NCBI GenBank assembly: GCA_951406725.2
Contig: OX597818.1
Location: forward strand, 117,614,001-117,678,000
DNA length: 64,000 bases
Direction: 5' to 3'
Origin: Octopus vulgaris
Lineage: Eukaryota
The notes below the pieces were generated by a model, which saw only the letters and a program-made list of their open reading frames with translations, had not been told where the DNA came from and did no database searches. The translations under genes were made by a program, and so were the position numbers. How positions within the stretch are numbered: the first letter of the stretch is position 1; each line of letters starts with the position of its first letter. Shown in pieces: positions 1 to 14,681 of this stretch.

Positions 1-17
1 TATCCGTTTATCTGTCT

Positions 18-64
<47 letters not shown>

Positions 65-272
65 CCTATCCATTTATATATCTAGCTATCTATATATCTA
101 TGAATCTATCTATTTATCCGTTTATCTTTCTCTCTATCTATCTATCTATATATCTATCCGTTTATCTATCTATCTATCTATCTATCCGTATATCTATCTA
201 TATATCTATCTATCGGTCTATCTATAGTTTATCTATCTATGTATCTATCTATATACATATCTACCTACCTAC

Positions 273-326
<54 letters not shown>

Positions 327-448
327 GTCTATCTATCTATCTATCTATCTATCTATCCGTATATCTATGTATATATCTATGTATATATCTATCTATCCGT
401 TTATCTATCTATCTATCGGTCTATCTATCTATCTATCAATCTATCTAT
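1..448. repeat. (TATC)n/(GATA)n microsatellite tract
   Basis: Direct tetranucleotide array with TA and CCGT interruptions; source of the 'LSIY' pseudo-ORFs. Confidence 0.95.
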
Positions 449-499
449 CCCTTAAAGAATTTAATCGAATAACTCGATCACGGCATTATCGATTCTAAG

Positions 500-615
500 A
501 CTGATACTTATTCTATCACTCTCATTTTCTGGCGTACCACTAAGTTACGGGAACGTGAATAAAGCAATACCGTTTCTCAAGCGACAACAGGAGTCAAAAA
601 CACATCACAGACACA
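500..615 (-). mobile_element. Degenerate internal fragment of SINE family A
   Basis: 'tacttattctatc...ctaagttacgggaacgtgaa...tcaagcga' matches the body of the SINE-A copies at 19833 and 29113. Confidence 0.6.
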
Positions 616-1099
616 CATAAACCTAACTTCTATCATGATACATGGGCGACATCTTGCAAATTGTTCAGCTGAAGTGTGTGTGAGTGTTCGTATTCTGCTC
701 TTTGACTTATACACATACGTGTGAAGAACGTTGTCCAAATATCAACTAACGTCTCAAATGAAGATATTTTAATTGGTTACTTCTAATGAGTGGATTTGTA
801 GGCATGCTTTTACACATAAGTGAAATCTCTGTCCCTCCCCCTCTTACTCTCTCACACACACACAACTGAGAATGTGTGTATGTATATGCGTTGCATCCCT
901 CAGTGTGTGTCTATGTATATGATATCTTCATATGTATATAGATATCTTCATACGAATATGCTTATGTTTCACTTTACTAAATCATTTATTTTATACACAA
1001 TCTAGCATAGAGGAAAACAGCACGTGCTAAAATGTATAAAATTTGCGTATCTCCACTTATCTTTTTATCGTATCTTCAACATATTTGTGATAGTAATAC

Positions 1100-1120
1100 A
1101 CACGCATACAAAAGTATACA

Positions 1121-1188
<68 letters not shown>

Positions 1189-1329
1189 TACACACACATA
1201 TATATATATACATACACATATACATACATATATATATGTATGTATATATTCATGTATATATATATACATATATATATACAAACATACATATATATATATA
1301 TACATACATATACATACATATATATATAT

Positions 1330-1401
<72 letters not shown>

Positions 1402-1410
1402 TCATACATA
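1100..1410. repeat. (TA)n/(CA)n compound microsatellite
   Basis: Directly visible; source of 'YIYI' pseudo-ORFs. Confidence 0.95.
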
Positions 1411-1947
1411 CGTGGTTTTGTATACTTATGGATATGTATGCATCTCATATTATCTTATTTGAACAATAAGCGACATAAGATACGGAATATATCTCTTCCC
1501 TTGCGTTGCAGATATATATTTTCACATGATTTTTTTCCCCTTCTTTGTTATGTATGTATCTATTAAATAACTTATTGATAAAAAAAAATAATAATAAATT
1601 CTTTGTAGTTTATGTGTTTTCTCTTCTTGACTTCCTTTATCGTGCAACCAGGTAGGTAAGTGGAAAATCTTACTGTTACAACGAATCAAGTAGTATTGGA
1701 TTTTGTAGATAGATAAGATAGAGTAAAACAGACGGAGGGAGGGGGAGAGAGATAGACCCACCGTGCGCAGATGAGCGATAGAGAAAGGAAAGAATACAGA
1801 TTTAAGAAAGAAAACTGTACATGTAGGTTAAAAAGAAAAATAACACAGACTAACTTATATGCTCAACAGGCACAAACACTCATTTATACATAGTACATTC
1901 ACATACATGCATACATATTCATTCATGTACGTATGAATCTAAGTATG

Positions 1948-2001
<54 letters not shown>

Positions 2002-2261
2002 CATATACATATATATGTATATATATATATATATGTATATACTCTTTATCTTTTAATACTTTTGATATATATTTAAAATAATATAGATTAATTAATTTTA
2101 TGGATTGGCTTATGTTTTTCATTGTTTGATTTGCCTAATAGTGGTTTTATCTCTAATTTAATATAATATAATATAATATATTTATACTATAAAATTGGAT
2201 TTAATCCTAAATCTGATTTTTCCCTGTAAGTTTGGATTTATTCCCTAATATTTTATTATTA

Positions 2262-2324
<63 letters not shown>

Positions 2325-2326
<2 letters not shown>

Positions 2327-2750
2327 CTTATGTATGTATGTGCAGATTTGTATGTTATACGCATGTATTATCATGCATATAGTTATATATCTTGACATGC
2401 TCATATATATTTGAATGCTAAACTTCAGGAAAGTTTTGCAGATTTTTACAGTTCCACTGATGGATTTGATCTGTAGTCCTCGAATTAGTTTTCTCCTTTC
2501 TGGGTTTTTTCTCCTTTCCAGTTTTTCAAGATTGGTATTTATTGATTGTGTTACATATCCCAGGGCCCCAGTAATTACAGGTATAATCCTGAATTTGTAA
2601 TCTGGATAGAGTAACTGCAATTTCTCAATGGTTCAGCTCAGGTCTTCTCTTTTTCACTGATCAACTTTATGTTAACATCTGCTGGGAAGCTACATTCCAC
2701 AGCTGTACCCAATTTTATTCCAAATCATTATATCAGGTCTGTTGTGCTTA
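2325..2750 (-). mobile_element. 3' fragment of an R4/Dong-like (RLE-type) non-LTR retrotransposon
   Basis: Minus-strand translation gives HNRPDIMIW...AVECSFPADVNI...LLYPDYKFRIIPVITGALG...GTVKICKTFLKF, typical of the restriction-like endonuclease C-terminus; flanked by (TA)n and (TATG)n. Confidence 0.8.
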
Positions 2751-2811
2751 TGTATGTATGTATGTATGTATGTATGTATGTATGTATGTATGTATGTATG
2801 TATGTACGTAG

Positions 2812-3135
2812 GTGTGAATGTACGCATGTCATTGCTCAGTTTTATTTCAAGATTTCTTACCAATAGAGAAAGAACCGGTTTCTAATCTAGATTCAAGGTT
2901 CCTTCAGATATTTCTGTTTGTATGTATGTATAAATGTATGTGTGCAGATTTGTATCTTTTGCTTTATGTATGTATCCTCATGCATATAGGTGATTATCTA
3001 GACATGCTCATATATATTCAAATGCTAAAATTGTAGAAAGTTTTACAGATCTTTACAGTTCCGGTGATGGATTGGATCTGTAGTCTTCGAATACGTTTTC
3101 TTTCTTTGTTTGGAGAAGCCTAATTTCTCAAGATT
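2812..3135 (-). mobile_element. Second, shorter 3' fragment of the same R4/Dong-like family
   Basis: 2915-3135 closely parallels 2330-2535 ('gtgcagatttgtat...gacatgctcatatatat...gatctgtagtc...tcaagatt'). Confidence 0.75.
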
Positions 3136-3603
3136 AGTATTTAGGCAGTGTATGTAAGTATGTATGTCTGTATGTGTATGTGTATTTATGTGTATGCATG
3201 TGTATATATGTATGGGTGTATGTATGTGTGTAGGCAGACTTGGATGTACATTTCGAGATATGAAAGATATCTAAGCAGAGGGATAAAACAATTTCTGTTA
3301 ATGATACATGCACCCATACAATATATGCTTTTGTATGTGTGTGTGTTTGTGTGTGTGTATGTGTGTGTGCGTGGGCGTGTGTAGTCGTGTGTTCGGAAGT
3401 TCGGATGTAGAAGCAAGAAAACAAAAATATGCAAAGTATATGGTGAATTGGAACCTGGAGTTTCGCGGTCATTGCTCTTCACGTAACTAATTTCTAATGA
3501 GAAAGTCTTGTATTTATGGCAAAATGATTTGTAGCGACTCTCAATAGAATGGCATACAACAATAAAAGAATACACGCATACCTATACATGTGTGTGTATA
3601 TAC

Positions 3604-3651
<48 letters not shown>

Positions 3652-4211
3652 ATACACATAATCATATGTGTGTGTATTTGTGCGTGTCTCTCTGGCTGTG
3701 TGTGTGCATGTATATATATATATATATATATATTGTGTAAGGATATTGTTTGTAGCACATCATATCTCGATTCTGTACGATTTAAGTATTTGACTGATGC
3801 TGGCAAATTGCCATAATCGATCGCAGGAGCGTCGCACAAAATGCTTAACGTTTTGCTTTTTTGCTTGTTTTTTTATTGTTGTTTGTGTTCTGATTTTAAG
3901 TACATACCTTTGATTTGCATTTTTTTCCAGTTGGATAAAAGAAATTACAAATCCTGTTTGGGCTGTGAGTTGGCGTAATTATTTAGTTTGACAAAAATAT
4001 ATTGCTTTACCGTGCGTTTCTCTTCCGGAATTTAGTTGTCTGAGGTCACGTGTAGGTGGGTTAAATTTGTCTCTATCAAAACAACAAATGTTTTCTGGGA
4101 AAAATACTCGAAGGAAGGTAACAAGAAATCTCCTTTGTAATATTGTACGGAAATACCTGGTGAATTGTTTAACAATCGCGTGTCATCAGAGATTAGTGAT
4201 CGAGCTCAGAT

Positions 4212-4512
4212 GGTTTCAGTGGCCTAATGGTTACAGCACCGGACTCGCGGTCGAGAGATCGCGGGTTCGAATCTCAGACCAGGCGACGTGTGTGTTTATG
4301 AGCGAAACACCTAAGCACCATGCGGCTCTGGCAGAAGGTAATGGCGAACATATGCTGACTCTTTCGCCACAACTTTCTCTCACTCTTTCCTCCTGCATCT
4401 TACAGCTCACCTGCGACGGACCGGCGTCCCGTCCAGGTGGGGAACCTATACGCAAAGGAAACCGGGAAACCGGCTCTTATGATCCAGGCATGGCTCAAGA
4501 AGGAACAAACAA
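4212..4512 (+). mobile_element. tRNA-derived SINE family C, near full length
   Basis: A box TGGCCTAATGG, B box GGTTCGAATCT, body 'gcgacggaccggcgtcccgtccagg' resembling the V-type SINE domain, AAC-type tail; related copies at 34255, 38125 and 39200. Confidence 0.8.
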
Positions 4513-4715
4513 TATACAGCATGCTACAAAAACCGTTCTAATAACAAATTAGTGTCGGGTGTTGAGGAACCGGTGCGTTACATCGCACAAAACAATTTTA
4601 CAGATAAACTGATGAAAAAATAAGTTCTTCAACAATGTGGTAGTATCTTCAATCTCAAACTGAGAGCCACCTTAGGCAAAGATCATCTATTATAGGATCT
4701 TAAATCTCATACTAA

Positions 4716-5278
4716 TATTGGTTTCAAATTTTGGCACAAGGCCAGCAGTTTTATGAGAGAGTGTAAATCAATTATATTTGTCCAACTGTTCAACTGGTAC
4801 CTGTTTCATAGACCCCGAAAGATGAAAGGCAAAGTCGACCTCGGCGGAATTTGAACACAGAATGTAGTGCCGGACTAAATGACGCAAAGCATTTTACTCT
4901 GTGTGCAAAATATTCTGGAAGTTGGCCGCCTTATATATTCATGCTAATATTTTGCGCCAAAGTTTGAAACTAATATTACCGGCTTCGACAAGGAGGCGAG
5001 TTCGCAGAATCGTTACCGCGCCGGGCAAATTGCTGAGCCGCATTTCGTCCGTCTTTATGTTGTGAGTTGAAATGCTACCAAGTTAAATTTTGCCTTTCAT
5101 TCTTTCGGGCTCGATAAAATAAGTACCAGTTGAACTCTGGCCGCACTCAATAATTCTTTCTACTGGAAGCACAAGGCCATAAAGTTGGAGGAAAAGATCA
5201 AGTCGATTACATCGATACCAGTGCGTAACTGGTACTTATTTAATCAACCCAGAAAGGATGAAAGGCAAAGTCGATGCA
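4716..5278. mobile_element. Cluster of three SINE family B copies (4716-4932 minus, 4990-5140 plus, 5150-5278 minus)
   Basis: Shared core 'gttcaaattccgccgaggtcgactttgcctttcatcctttcggggtcgataaaataagtaccag' or its reverse complement. Confidence 0.85.
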
Positions 5279-5330
5279 AGTGTATGCCATTTACATTCAT
5301 AAAATAAATTTAATCATATTGTTTTAGTAC

Positions 5331-5394
<64 letters not shown>

Positions 5395-6066
5395 GAATGG
5401 ACCCTGAAATTATAAATATACTGAACTATAAATATATAATAATTATGAATGAACTCTTGAAAAATGAGACTGCTGAATGATTGATCGGCAGATCTAGGGC
5501 TGCACAGATGCACACATGCAGGTACACACACACACACAAACAAGTGCACATACACATACACTTACACAAACACATACTGTCACACAGAGAGGAAACAGTT
5601 TGTAAGATTGAGTATAGCGTGTGAAATGAGATACGTTGGAAGAATCAATGGAGCCATAGAGAAAATCACGACTGGAGAGAGAAGGATGCTAGAAGTATAA
5701 GAGGGAGTGAGGGGTATAGAAAGAGGGAGAATGGGAGTGTGTGAGACGCAAGTAAGGAAGTCTTCTGAATGAAAAGAAATAATAAACAAATGAATGAGCA
5801 AATAGAGAAAGGAGAGATGAACGAAAGAAAAATCAAGGGAAAGTAATAGAATGGAAGAAAATGTAGAAGTAAGAAAATAATTGAAATAAAAATTGTGCGG
5901 TTAAAATCTTTAGGAAATAGAAAGGGTAGTAGGAAAAGTGGTGATGTAGAAGGAATGGGTGAGCGAGGGTGGGGAAAGCAGAAAAATTGGGAGAGGAAGG
6001 GAGAAGCACAGCGTAAAACAATGGCTTCTAATTTGGGTCCAAGACTGTGAATTATGTTTGAGACTG

Positions 6067-6358
6067 ATTGGTAAAAGCTGATCAAGGTAGGATGGTAAAA
6101 GCTGACCAGGGTAGAATGGTAAAAGTTGACCAAGGCAGAATAGTAAATGCCAAGCATGGTAGGATGACAAAAGCTGACCAAGGTAGAATGGTAAAAGCTG
6201 ATCAAGATAGAATGTTAAAAGCTGACCATGGTAGAGTGGTAAAAGCTGACCAAGGTAGGATGGTAAAAGCTGACCAAGGTAGAATGGTAAAAGTTGATCA
6301 AAGTAGAATGGTAAAAGCTGACCGAGGTAGAATGGTAAAAGCTGACCATGGTAGAATT
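6067..6358. repeat. 24-bp minisatellite, about 12 units (ATGGTAAAAGCTGACCAAGGTAGA)
   Basis: Tandem units visible directly; translates as (MVKADQGR)n on plus. Confidence 0.95.
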
Positions 6359-6444
6359 TAAACTCAGTATAATGAATTTTCCGACGCTGTAAGGATTCTG
6401 GCATCTTTCTGCAATAATGGCCGTACTAAATAATTCATAAATAC

Positions 6445-6727
<283 letters not shown>

Positions 6728-7022
6728 GGGGACTAGTGAGAGAGACAAAAGTTAAGGAATTTATTTGAATCCAATGAGAAAAAGATGCAATGTCATTGAA
6801 TCTAAGGCGCGAAGTAAAAAATGGTAAAACTTGAGATAAAACGAAAATTGAGCAAGTGAGAAAGAGAGAGAGAGAGTGAGAGTGAGAGTGAGATGGACAG
6901 GTGAATAAGTGTAAGGAAGGGTGGAGAGAGATAGATAATGTATAGCTATGACTGAGAGAGTGGACAAAAGATATGACAAGAGGGAAGGAGAGAAGCTGTA
7001 TTTACGCGAAAGATAATGGGCG

Positions 7023-7104
<82 letters not shown>

Positions 7105-7106
7105 TA

Positions 7107-7160
<54 letters not shown>

Positions 7161-7286
7161 GATATATATATATATATGTATATGTATATATACATATATA
7201 TGTACCTATACATGTATATATATTTACATATATATATGTATAAATATATATAGGTATATATGTGTATATATACATGCACATATGTA

Positions 7287-7355
<69 letters not shown>

Positions 7356-7676
7356 ATATACACATATGCATGAATGACAAGTAGAGAAAAATGTCAGAGC
7401 CTGAATGAGACAGACCCTGAATGCATAGATATTTACAGCGAAGGAGAAAGGAGAAAGTAAGAGAAAGAAAAAGAGAAGAGATAGAAAATGAATAGCGAAA
7501 GAAATAAAAGAGGGAAAAGAGGGGAATAAGTCTAATGATGAAAGTAAAAGTGAAAGTAAGAGAGGTAATGACAAAAAGAAAGAAAAGGAAAAAAGAAAGA
7601 AGAGGGCACAAAAATGGTGTAACAAGGATTAAAATAGAGAAAGTAAGAAAAGGAAAGACAGAGACAGAGAGAGATA

Positions 7677-7840
7677 TATTTGTTTACTGCCCACAAAGGG
7701 GCTAAACACAGAGGGGACAAACAAGGACAGACAAAGGGATTAAGTTGTTTACATCGACCCCAGTGCGTAACTGGTACTTTATTTATCGACCCCGAAAGGA
7801 TGAAAGGCAAAGTCGACCTCGGCGGAATTTGAACTCAGAC
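7677..7840 (-). mobile_element. SINE family B, 3' part with tail type 1
   Basis: Reverse complement of the core plus the 'gtttgtcccctctgtgtttagcccc...gtgggca' tail seen at 37690-37740. Confidence 0.85.
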
Positions 7841-9030
7841 AGACAGGTAAACACTTGCTGTGTGCGTGTGTATGTGTGTGTGTGTTTGCCTGTTTGTGAA
7901 GAAAATGTAGAGAGTATCCATGAAACAGAAGAGAAGAGAAAATGAAGAGAGAAAGAGACAAAGGAAAGAGATTTATGTCGTACGCGATATACAGTAAGAA
8001 AATATCTGTGTGTTAGAGAAAGAAGAAATGTGTCTGTGAATGAGAATGCGCTAGAGAGAAGGAACGTGAGAAAGAGTGAGAAAGGGGGTGTTTTTTTAGG
8101 GTGAGAAAAGAGATAGTGATAAAGCGAGAGCTGTCCAGCTCTCTCTCTCTCTCTCTCTTACATCATAAAGACGTATTGCGTGTGTGTGTGTGTTTGTGTG
8201 ACAAGACAAAATAAGAGAGAATTCGAGTGTTAAAGAGAGAGAGAGAGAGATTGGTGTGTGTGTGTGTGAGAGGAGGCAGGAAACAGAGACATGTCGGAGA
8301 GTGTGGATAAAAACAAATAGAAGGGTTCAGAGAGAGAGAGAGAGTGAGAGAGAAGAAGAAGAAGAAGAAGAAGAAGAAGAAGAAGAAGAAGAAGAAGAAG
8401 AAGAAGAAGAAGAAGAAGAAGAAGAAGAAAAGACAGTAAAATAGAGTCTGTATATGTTTTAGTGGAGGAAAGGGAAAGAGAGATAAAGAAAGAAAGCAAA
8501 AGCTAGTGAAAGAGAACGAAATAGCGCGAAAGACAATAGAAGTAAGCGAAAGAGTGCGAAAGTGAGAGAATGAAAGTGAAAGAGAACGAAAGAGAGGGAG
8601 AAATAGAGAGAAAGAAACGGAAGAGAACAGAAGAGACCGAAATAGAGTGAAAGAGAGAGAAAAAAGAAAAAGAGGACGAGAAAAAGTACAAAAGGGAGCG
8701 AAAGAGCGCGAAGAGAGAGAGAGCAGTAGGTAAAAGTGAAGAAAGAGAAAGAGTGTAGAAATGTATAGAAATGTATGTGCGTGTGTGTGTGTGTGAGTGG
8801 GTGGAAAGTGTGCGTGATATTGTACGTGTGTGAGAGCTAAAGTGAGAAGTTTGTGAAAGGCTGTGTGTTGGTAGAGAAATTATGGAATAGAAGGCGAGAG
8901 AAAGATAGTGAGAGAAGTTCACAGAGTCAGAGGGAGACAAAGAGAAAGAGAGGGAGACAAAGAGAAAGAGAGAGAGAGAGAGAAAGAGAAAAGGAAAGTG
9001 AGAGAGATAGAGAGACGAAACACTTGGAAA

Positions 9031-9061
<31 letters not shown>

Positions 9062-9179
9062 GACTGTGTGCGAAAGAGTGCGTGGAAGAAAGAATTAGAA
9101 AAAAAGCATAGGACACAAATATTGAGCGGGAGAATGAAGAGAGATTGTTTTTCGTTCTTTTCTTTCAGTCTCATTCGTA

Positions 9180-9199
9180 TTTCTTAGTCTCACTCCTGC

Positions 9200-9243
<44 letters not shown>

Positions 9244-9394
9244 GCACGCGCTCTCACTCTTTCGCAAACTCACTGTCTGTCAGTCTCTCACAGGGCTTCT
9301 TTGGAGGAATGTGTTTGTAAGCTTGTGTGCGTCAGCGTGTTTATTAGAAAGTCAAAAGATATACACACACGCACGCACACACACACACACACAT

Positions 9395-9440
<46 letters not shown>

Positions 9441-9451
9441 CTAGATTGATT

Positions 9452-9500
<49 letters not shown>

Positions 9501-9654
9501 GTAGATAGATAGATAGATAGGCAGATAGATACATAGATAGGTAGATAGATATGTAGGTAGATCGATAAATGGATAGGCATATAGAGAGACTTAGTTATTT
9601 TAATATTTCTATTATATATATATACATATATATCTGTCTATATGCCTATCTATA

Positions 9655-9702
<48 letters not shown>

Positions 9703-9856
9703 CATGCATATATGCATATATATATATACATATGTACAGAGAGAGAGAGACAGAGAGAGAGATAATGTGAGGAACAGGATATATGAACAATAAAATATGC
9801 GGATGAGTGCGTACAGAGAGAGAAGCACCTTGACGGAGAAAGGGTAGAAAAAAGAG

Positions 9857-9913
<57 letters not shown>

Positions 9914-10152
9914 AACAGAGACAGAGTGAAAGAGCGAGAGAGAGATTGTGTGTGTAAGTGTGTGCGTATATAAGAAAGAAAATATTTGGGAAGATAATTA
10001 CAGGTAAAAGAACAAAAGTCGATGCCACATGTTGACTGATATACATACAAACAATCACAAACACATACATATACAGGTAGACATTAAAAACTGTCTATGC
10101 ATCACTCCCCCTTTGTCCCTTCCATTCTCTATTTCTGCCTCATTATTGTATG

Positions 10153-10227
<75 letters not shown>

Positions 10228-10376
10228 AATATTTATATATATATATATATATATGTGTGTATATATATATATATATGTATGTATATATATATATAGAGAG
10301 AGAGAGAGATGTATATATATATATATATAGATGTATATATATATATAGATAGATAGGTTGATAGACAGATACAGAG

Positions 10377-10464
<88 letters not shown>

Positions 10465-10849
10465 TCGATAAGGAAGAGAGTGAGAAAAGGGAGAGACGAA
10501 AAGTGAGAAGGAGAGAGCATAATAAAAGGGGGATAGAGAGGGGGTGGTCGGTTAACAAGTGAGAAATCTATACTGAGAGCCAGGCTGACAAACAAGTGGG
10601 AGAAAAGAGATATGCAGAGAAGCAGGAAGAGAGAAAGGTCAACATCTTGATTTGTACACATGGAGACAGGTAGACAGACACACAGGCATAGAAGCAGACA
10701 GGTAGAAAGACAAATGAGCAGACAGACAGGTAAGTTGGAGTAGTTTAGTAAAATGGAAAATAAATGTATAAATATAGAAAGCAAAGGTGTGCACAGCACA
10801 CACCCAACACAGCTATTATTCACACACATACACATATGTATATGGGAGA

Positions 10850-10896
<47 letters not shown>

Positions 10897-10978
10897 TGAG
10901 ACAAACGGACAAACAGATAGTTAGATAGATAAATATATAGATAGGTAGATAGATAGACAGATAGTTATATATATATAT

Positions 10979-11029
<51 letters not shown>

Positions 11030-11084
11030 CAGACAGACAGTCATAGATAGATAGAGAGATAGATAGACAGACAGATATATATAT

Positions 11085-11145
<61 letters not shown>

Positions 11146-11594
11146 GAGAGAGATAGATAGATAGAGAGATAGATAAATAGATATATAGATAGATAGATAG
11201 GTGAGGGTAGATAGATAGATACATACATACACACATAGAAAGATAGAGATAGATAACTTCTAGATAGTTATCTCTCTCTCTATCTTTCTATGTGTGTATG
11301 TATGTATCTATCTACCCTCACCTATCGATCTATCTACCTAGAGTGATAGATAGATAGATAAATAGATAGATACTCATACTAACACATAGAAAAACGCACA
11401 AACATACTTGTAAAAAAGTCCATCATAATTAAAAAGAAAATTGCAAAGAATGACAAAGAAATAAAATGGTAGAAGTATAATAGAAATCTTCAAAGTAAAA
11501 AAACGGAGAAAATCAAAAGGTTATTAAAATATTTTAATGAAAATTCATAATGAATGGACATGACCTCTGTTTCATTTAAAGCTTGCATATATAC

Positions 11595-11665
<71 letters not shown>

Positions 11666-11675
11666 TTATGTATAC

Positions 11676-11723
<48 letters not shown>

Positions 11724-11976
11724 GTATACACACATATACATGCAAATACACACACGTATATATATATATATATTTATAGAGGCAAAGATGCATGCATGCT
11801 TTTATGTTTGAATGTATATATGTTTGTATGTGTTTTTATGATTGTATGTATATATGTGCATAAGTATAGTTATGCAGATACATATATGTGTGTGTATATG
11901 TATATATACACACACACACACACACCCACACACATATATATATATATATATATATACATATATATACATATATGTA

Positions 11977-12047
<71 letters not shown>

Positions 12048-12089
12048 TTATATACATATATTTATGTACGTATATATATATTTATACAT

Positions 12090-12144
<55 letters not shown>

Positions 12145-12541
12145 AGAGACAGAGAGACAGAGAGAGAGGGAGAGATAGATGAGAGATAGACTGAGAGTAA
12201 CAAGAATAATGGAAGGTTGGAGGGCAGAATGAAAAACTAATTAGAGAAATTGACGTGAAAAGCCTGGCTAATTAGATATAGTGGTTAATAAATCGAAATA
12301 TGGATACATGGATTCCTATATACGCAGTCAGAGGAGGTGCTCCGTTACTAGCGTGCACACATGCACACAAAAGCATACACACACGCACACATACGCACAG
12401 ACACATGTTCTCACACAGACAGACACACTCATAAACATATATGTGTGTACATGATGTATATATGAGTGTCTTTCTGTGACCGCTTATATATACACACATA
12501 TATATAAATATATACATATATACATACATATATACACATAT

Positions 12542-12586
<45 letters not shown>

Positions 12587-12648
12587 TAGATATACATATA
12601 TATACATATATATATATATATAGATAGATATACATATACATATATATA

Positions 12649-12727
<79 letters not shown>

Positions 12728-12990
12728 CTACACACACATGTATATATGTGCATGTATTCATTCATGAGGTGATAGAGCGAGAAAGAGCGAGAGAAATTGA
12801 GAGAAAGCTGAGAATTTTTTATACATGTATATACAAACATCCATTTATAAATAATCGTAGTTGAATGCTATTGTATATGTCTAGTTCGACATTTAAAACA
12901 GTTCATGGAAAGAGAATTAGATAAATAAATAGATAGATAGATCGATCGATCAATAGATAGATAGGCAAGGCGGTAGATAGATAGATATGA

Positions 12991-13025
<35 letters not shown>

Positions 13026-13053
13026 GAGACAGAAACAGAGATAAACTAGGTAG

Positions 13054-13121
<68 letters not shown>

Positions 13122-13192
13122 CAAACAGACAAAGACTAGTGAAAACATGGAAGGAGAAATGTATTATTTTCAGGGAGGCGAACAGGTGATAC

Positions 13193-13248
<56 letters not shown>

Positions 13249-13270
13249 GCACGTATATATAGATATATGC

Positions 13271-13301
<31 letters not shown>

Positions 13302-13487
13302 CATGTATGTATATTTATGTATGTATATATACATATATATACTTATACATATATATATATGCATTTATGTATACATATATATATATATATATATTTGTGT
13401 ATATATATACATACATTTGTGCTTATATATATACATATATATACATTTATATATATATATATGAATATATATTTAAATATATACATA

Positions 13488-13549
<62 letters not shown>

Positions 13550-13560
13550 TATATATTTAT
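9180..13560. repeat. Dense compound microsatellite region ((TA)n, (GATA)n, (GA)n, (CA)n)
   Basis: Most bases lie in simple repeats. Confidence 0.9.
11190..11335. repeat. Inverted duplication (hairpin, arms about 65 bp) inside a GATA microsatellite
   Basis: 'gataggtgagggtagatag...acatacacacatagaaagatagag...gataact' is the reverse complement of 'agttatc...ctatctttctatgtgtgtatgt...ctaccctcacctatc'. Confidence 0.85.
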
Positions 13561-13695
13561 ATAAAGGACAGGTGGTATGTGTATGTGTGTGTGTATGTTT
13601 GTTTGTTCGTGTGCGTGTGGTGTGAAGTTTCTGAAATCTGTTCGTCGTTAGATGATATTGAAAACGTGCTCTGAGACACGCCTGCATGCACTCAC

Positions 13696-13842
13696 CTAGA
13701 CGTTAGGGATGCCCAAATCCAGGGAGTTCCATAGACAGAATAAGCAATGCCGTTATATATTTCCACTAGATGGTTGAATACTAATTCAGTTCTTAAGTCG
13801 AACTTAATCAATAGTGGGAACGCCGCAAATACAACAAGTAAA
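13696..13842 (-). CDS. Candidate 147-bp internal exon of an unidentified gene
   Basis: Unique sequence between repeats; acceptor ATCTATCCTCTCAG, donor TAG|GTGAGT; one open frame (LLVVFAAFPLLIKFDLRTELVFNHLVEIYNGIAYSVYGTPWIWASLTS); length divisible by 3. No homology recognised. Confidence 0.3.
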
Positions 13843-14414
13843 CTGAGAGGATAGATTATGTGTGTGTGTGTGTGTGTGTGTTTGTGTGCATGTATGAGTG
13901 TGTTTGTGTATGTAAATATCTACGTATATATATGTGATGTTGTGTGTGTGTGTGTGTTTGTGCTTGTGAATGACGGGGGTGTTGTTGATGATGATGATGT
14001 TGCTGATGATGCTGCTGGTAGGAGGAGTTCTATGTTCATCAGAGTTCTCTATGTAGGTGTATGCAGTACATTATATGTGTGTGTATGCGTTAGTAAGCAT
14101 ACGTCTCTATCTGTAGGTATGTATGTGTGTGTGTGTGTGATTGTGTGTGTGTATGATTGTGTGTGTGTGTATGATTGAGTGTGTGTTTGAGTGTTATTTT
14201 GTTGGTTTGTATCAGTGAGTATATATGTTTTCGTCCGTGTGTATGATTATGTGTGTGCGTGTGAGAGAGAGAGTGTTTATGTGTGTACGTGCGCATGTTT
14301 GTGTGTGTGTGTATGTGTGCGTATGTGTGTGAAGAGAGGGCTGTATATGTAAATGTATGTGTACCAGTGTATGTATCTAAAACTCCTGTATTTGTATCTA
14401 TGTACATATGTATG

Positions 14415-14448
<34 letters not shown>

Positions 14449-14648
14449 TGTATGTATCTATCTATCTATCTATCTGTCTATCAATCGATCCATTCAACTA
14501 TCTAACTATCTATCTTTCTATCTACCCACCTATTTATTTATCGATCGATCCCCAACGACTTCCCTACCTATCTATCTCAATTATTATCGATCTATCTATT
14601 TATCTATTTATTTGTCTATCTTTCACTCTCGTTACGCACTCACGCACA

Positions 14649-14681
<33 letters not shown>

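Noticed and set aside
4212-4285. tRNA-like sequences (also at 34380-34455, 39200-39260, 54030-54100, 60333-60410)
   Set aside because: A and B boxes are present, but acceptor stems are imperfect and each continues into a repeated SINE body.
6067-6358. CRISPR-like periodicity
   Set aside because: Units are contiguous with no unique spacers, there are no cas genes, and the context is eukaryotic.
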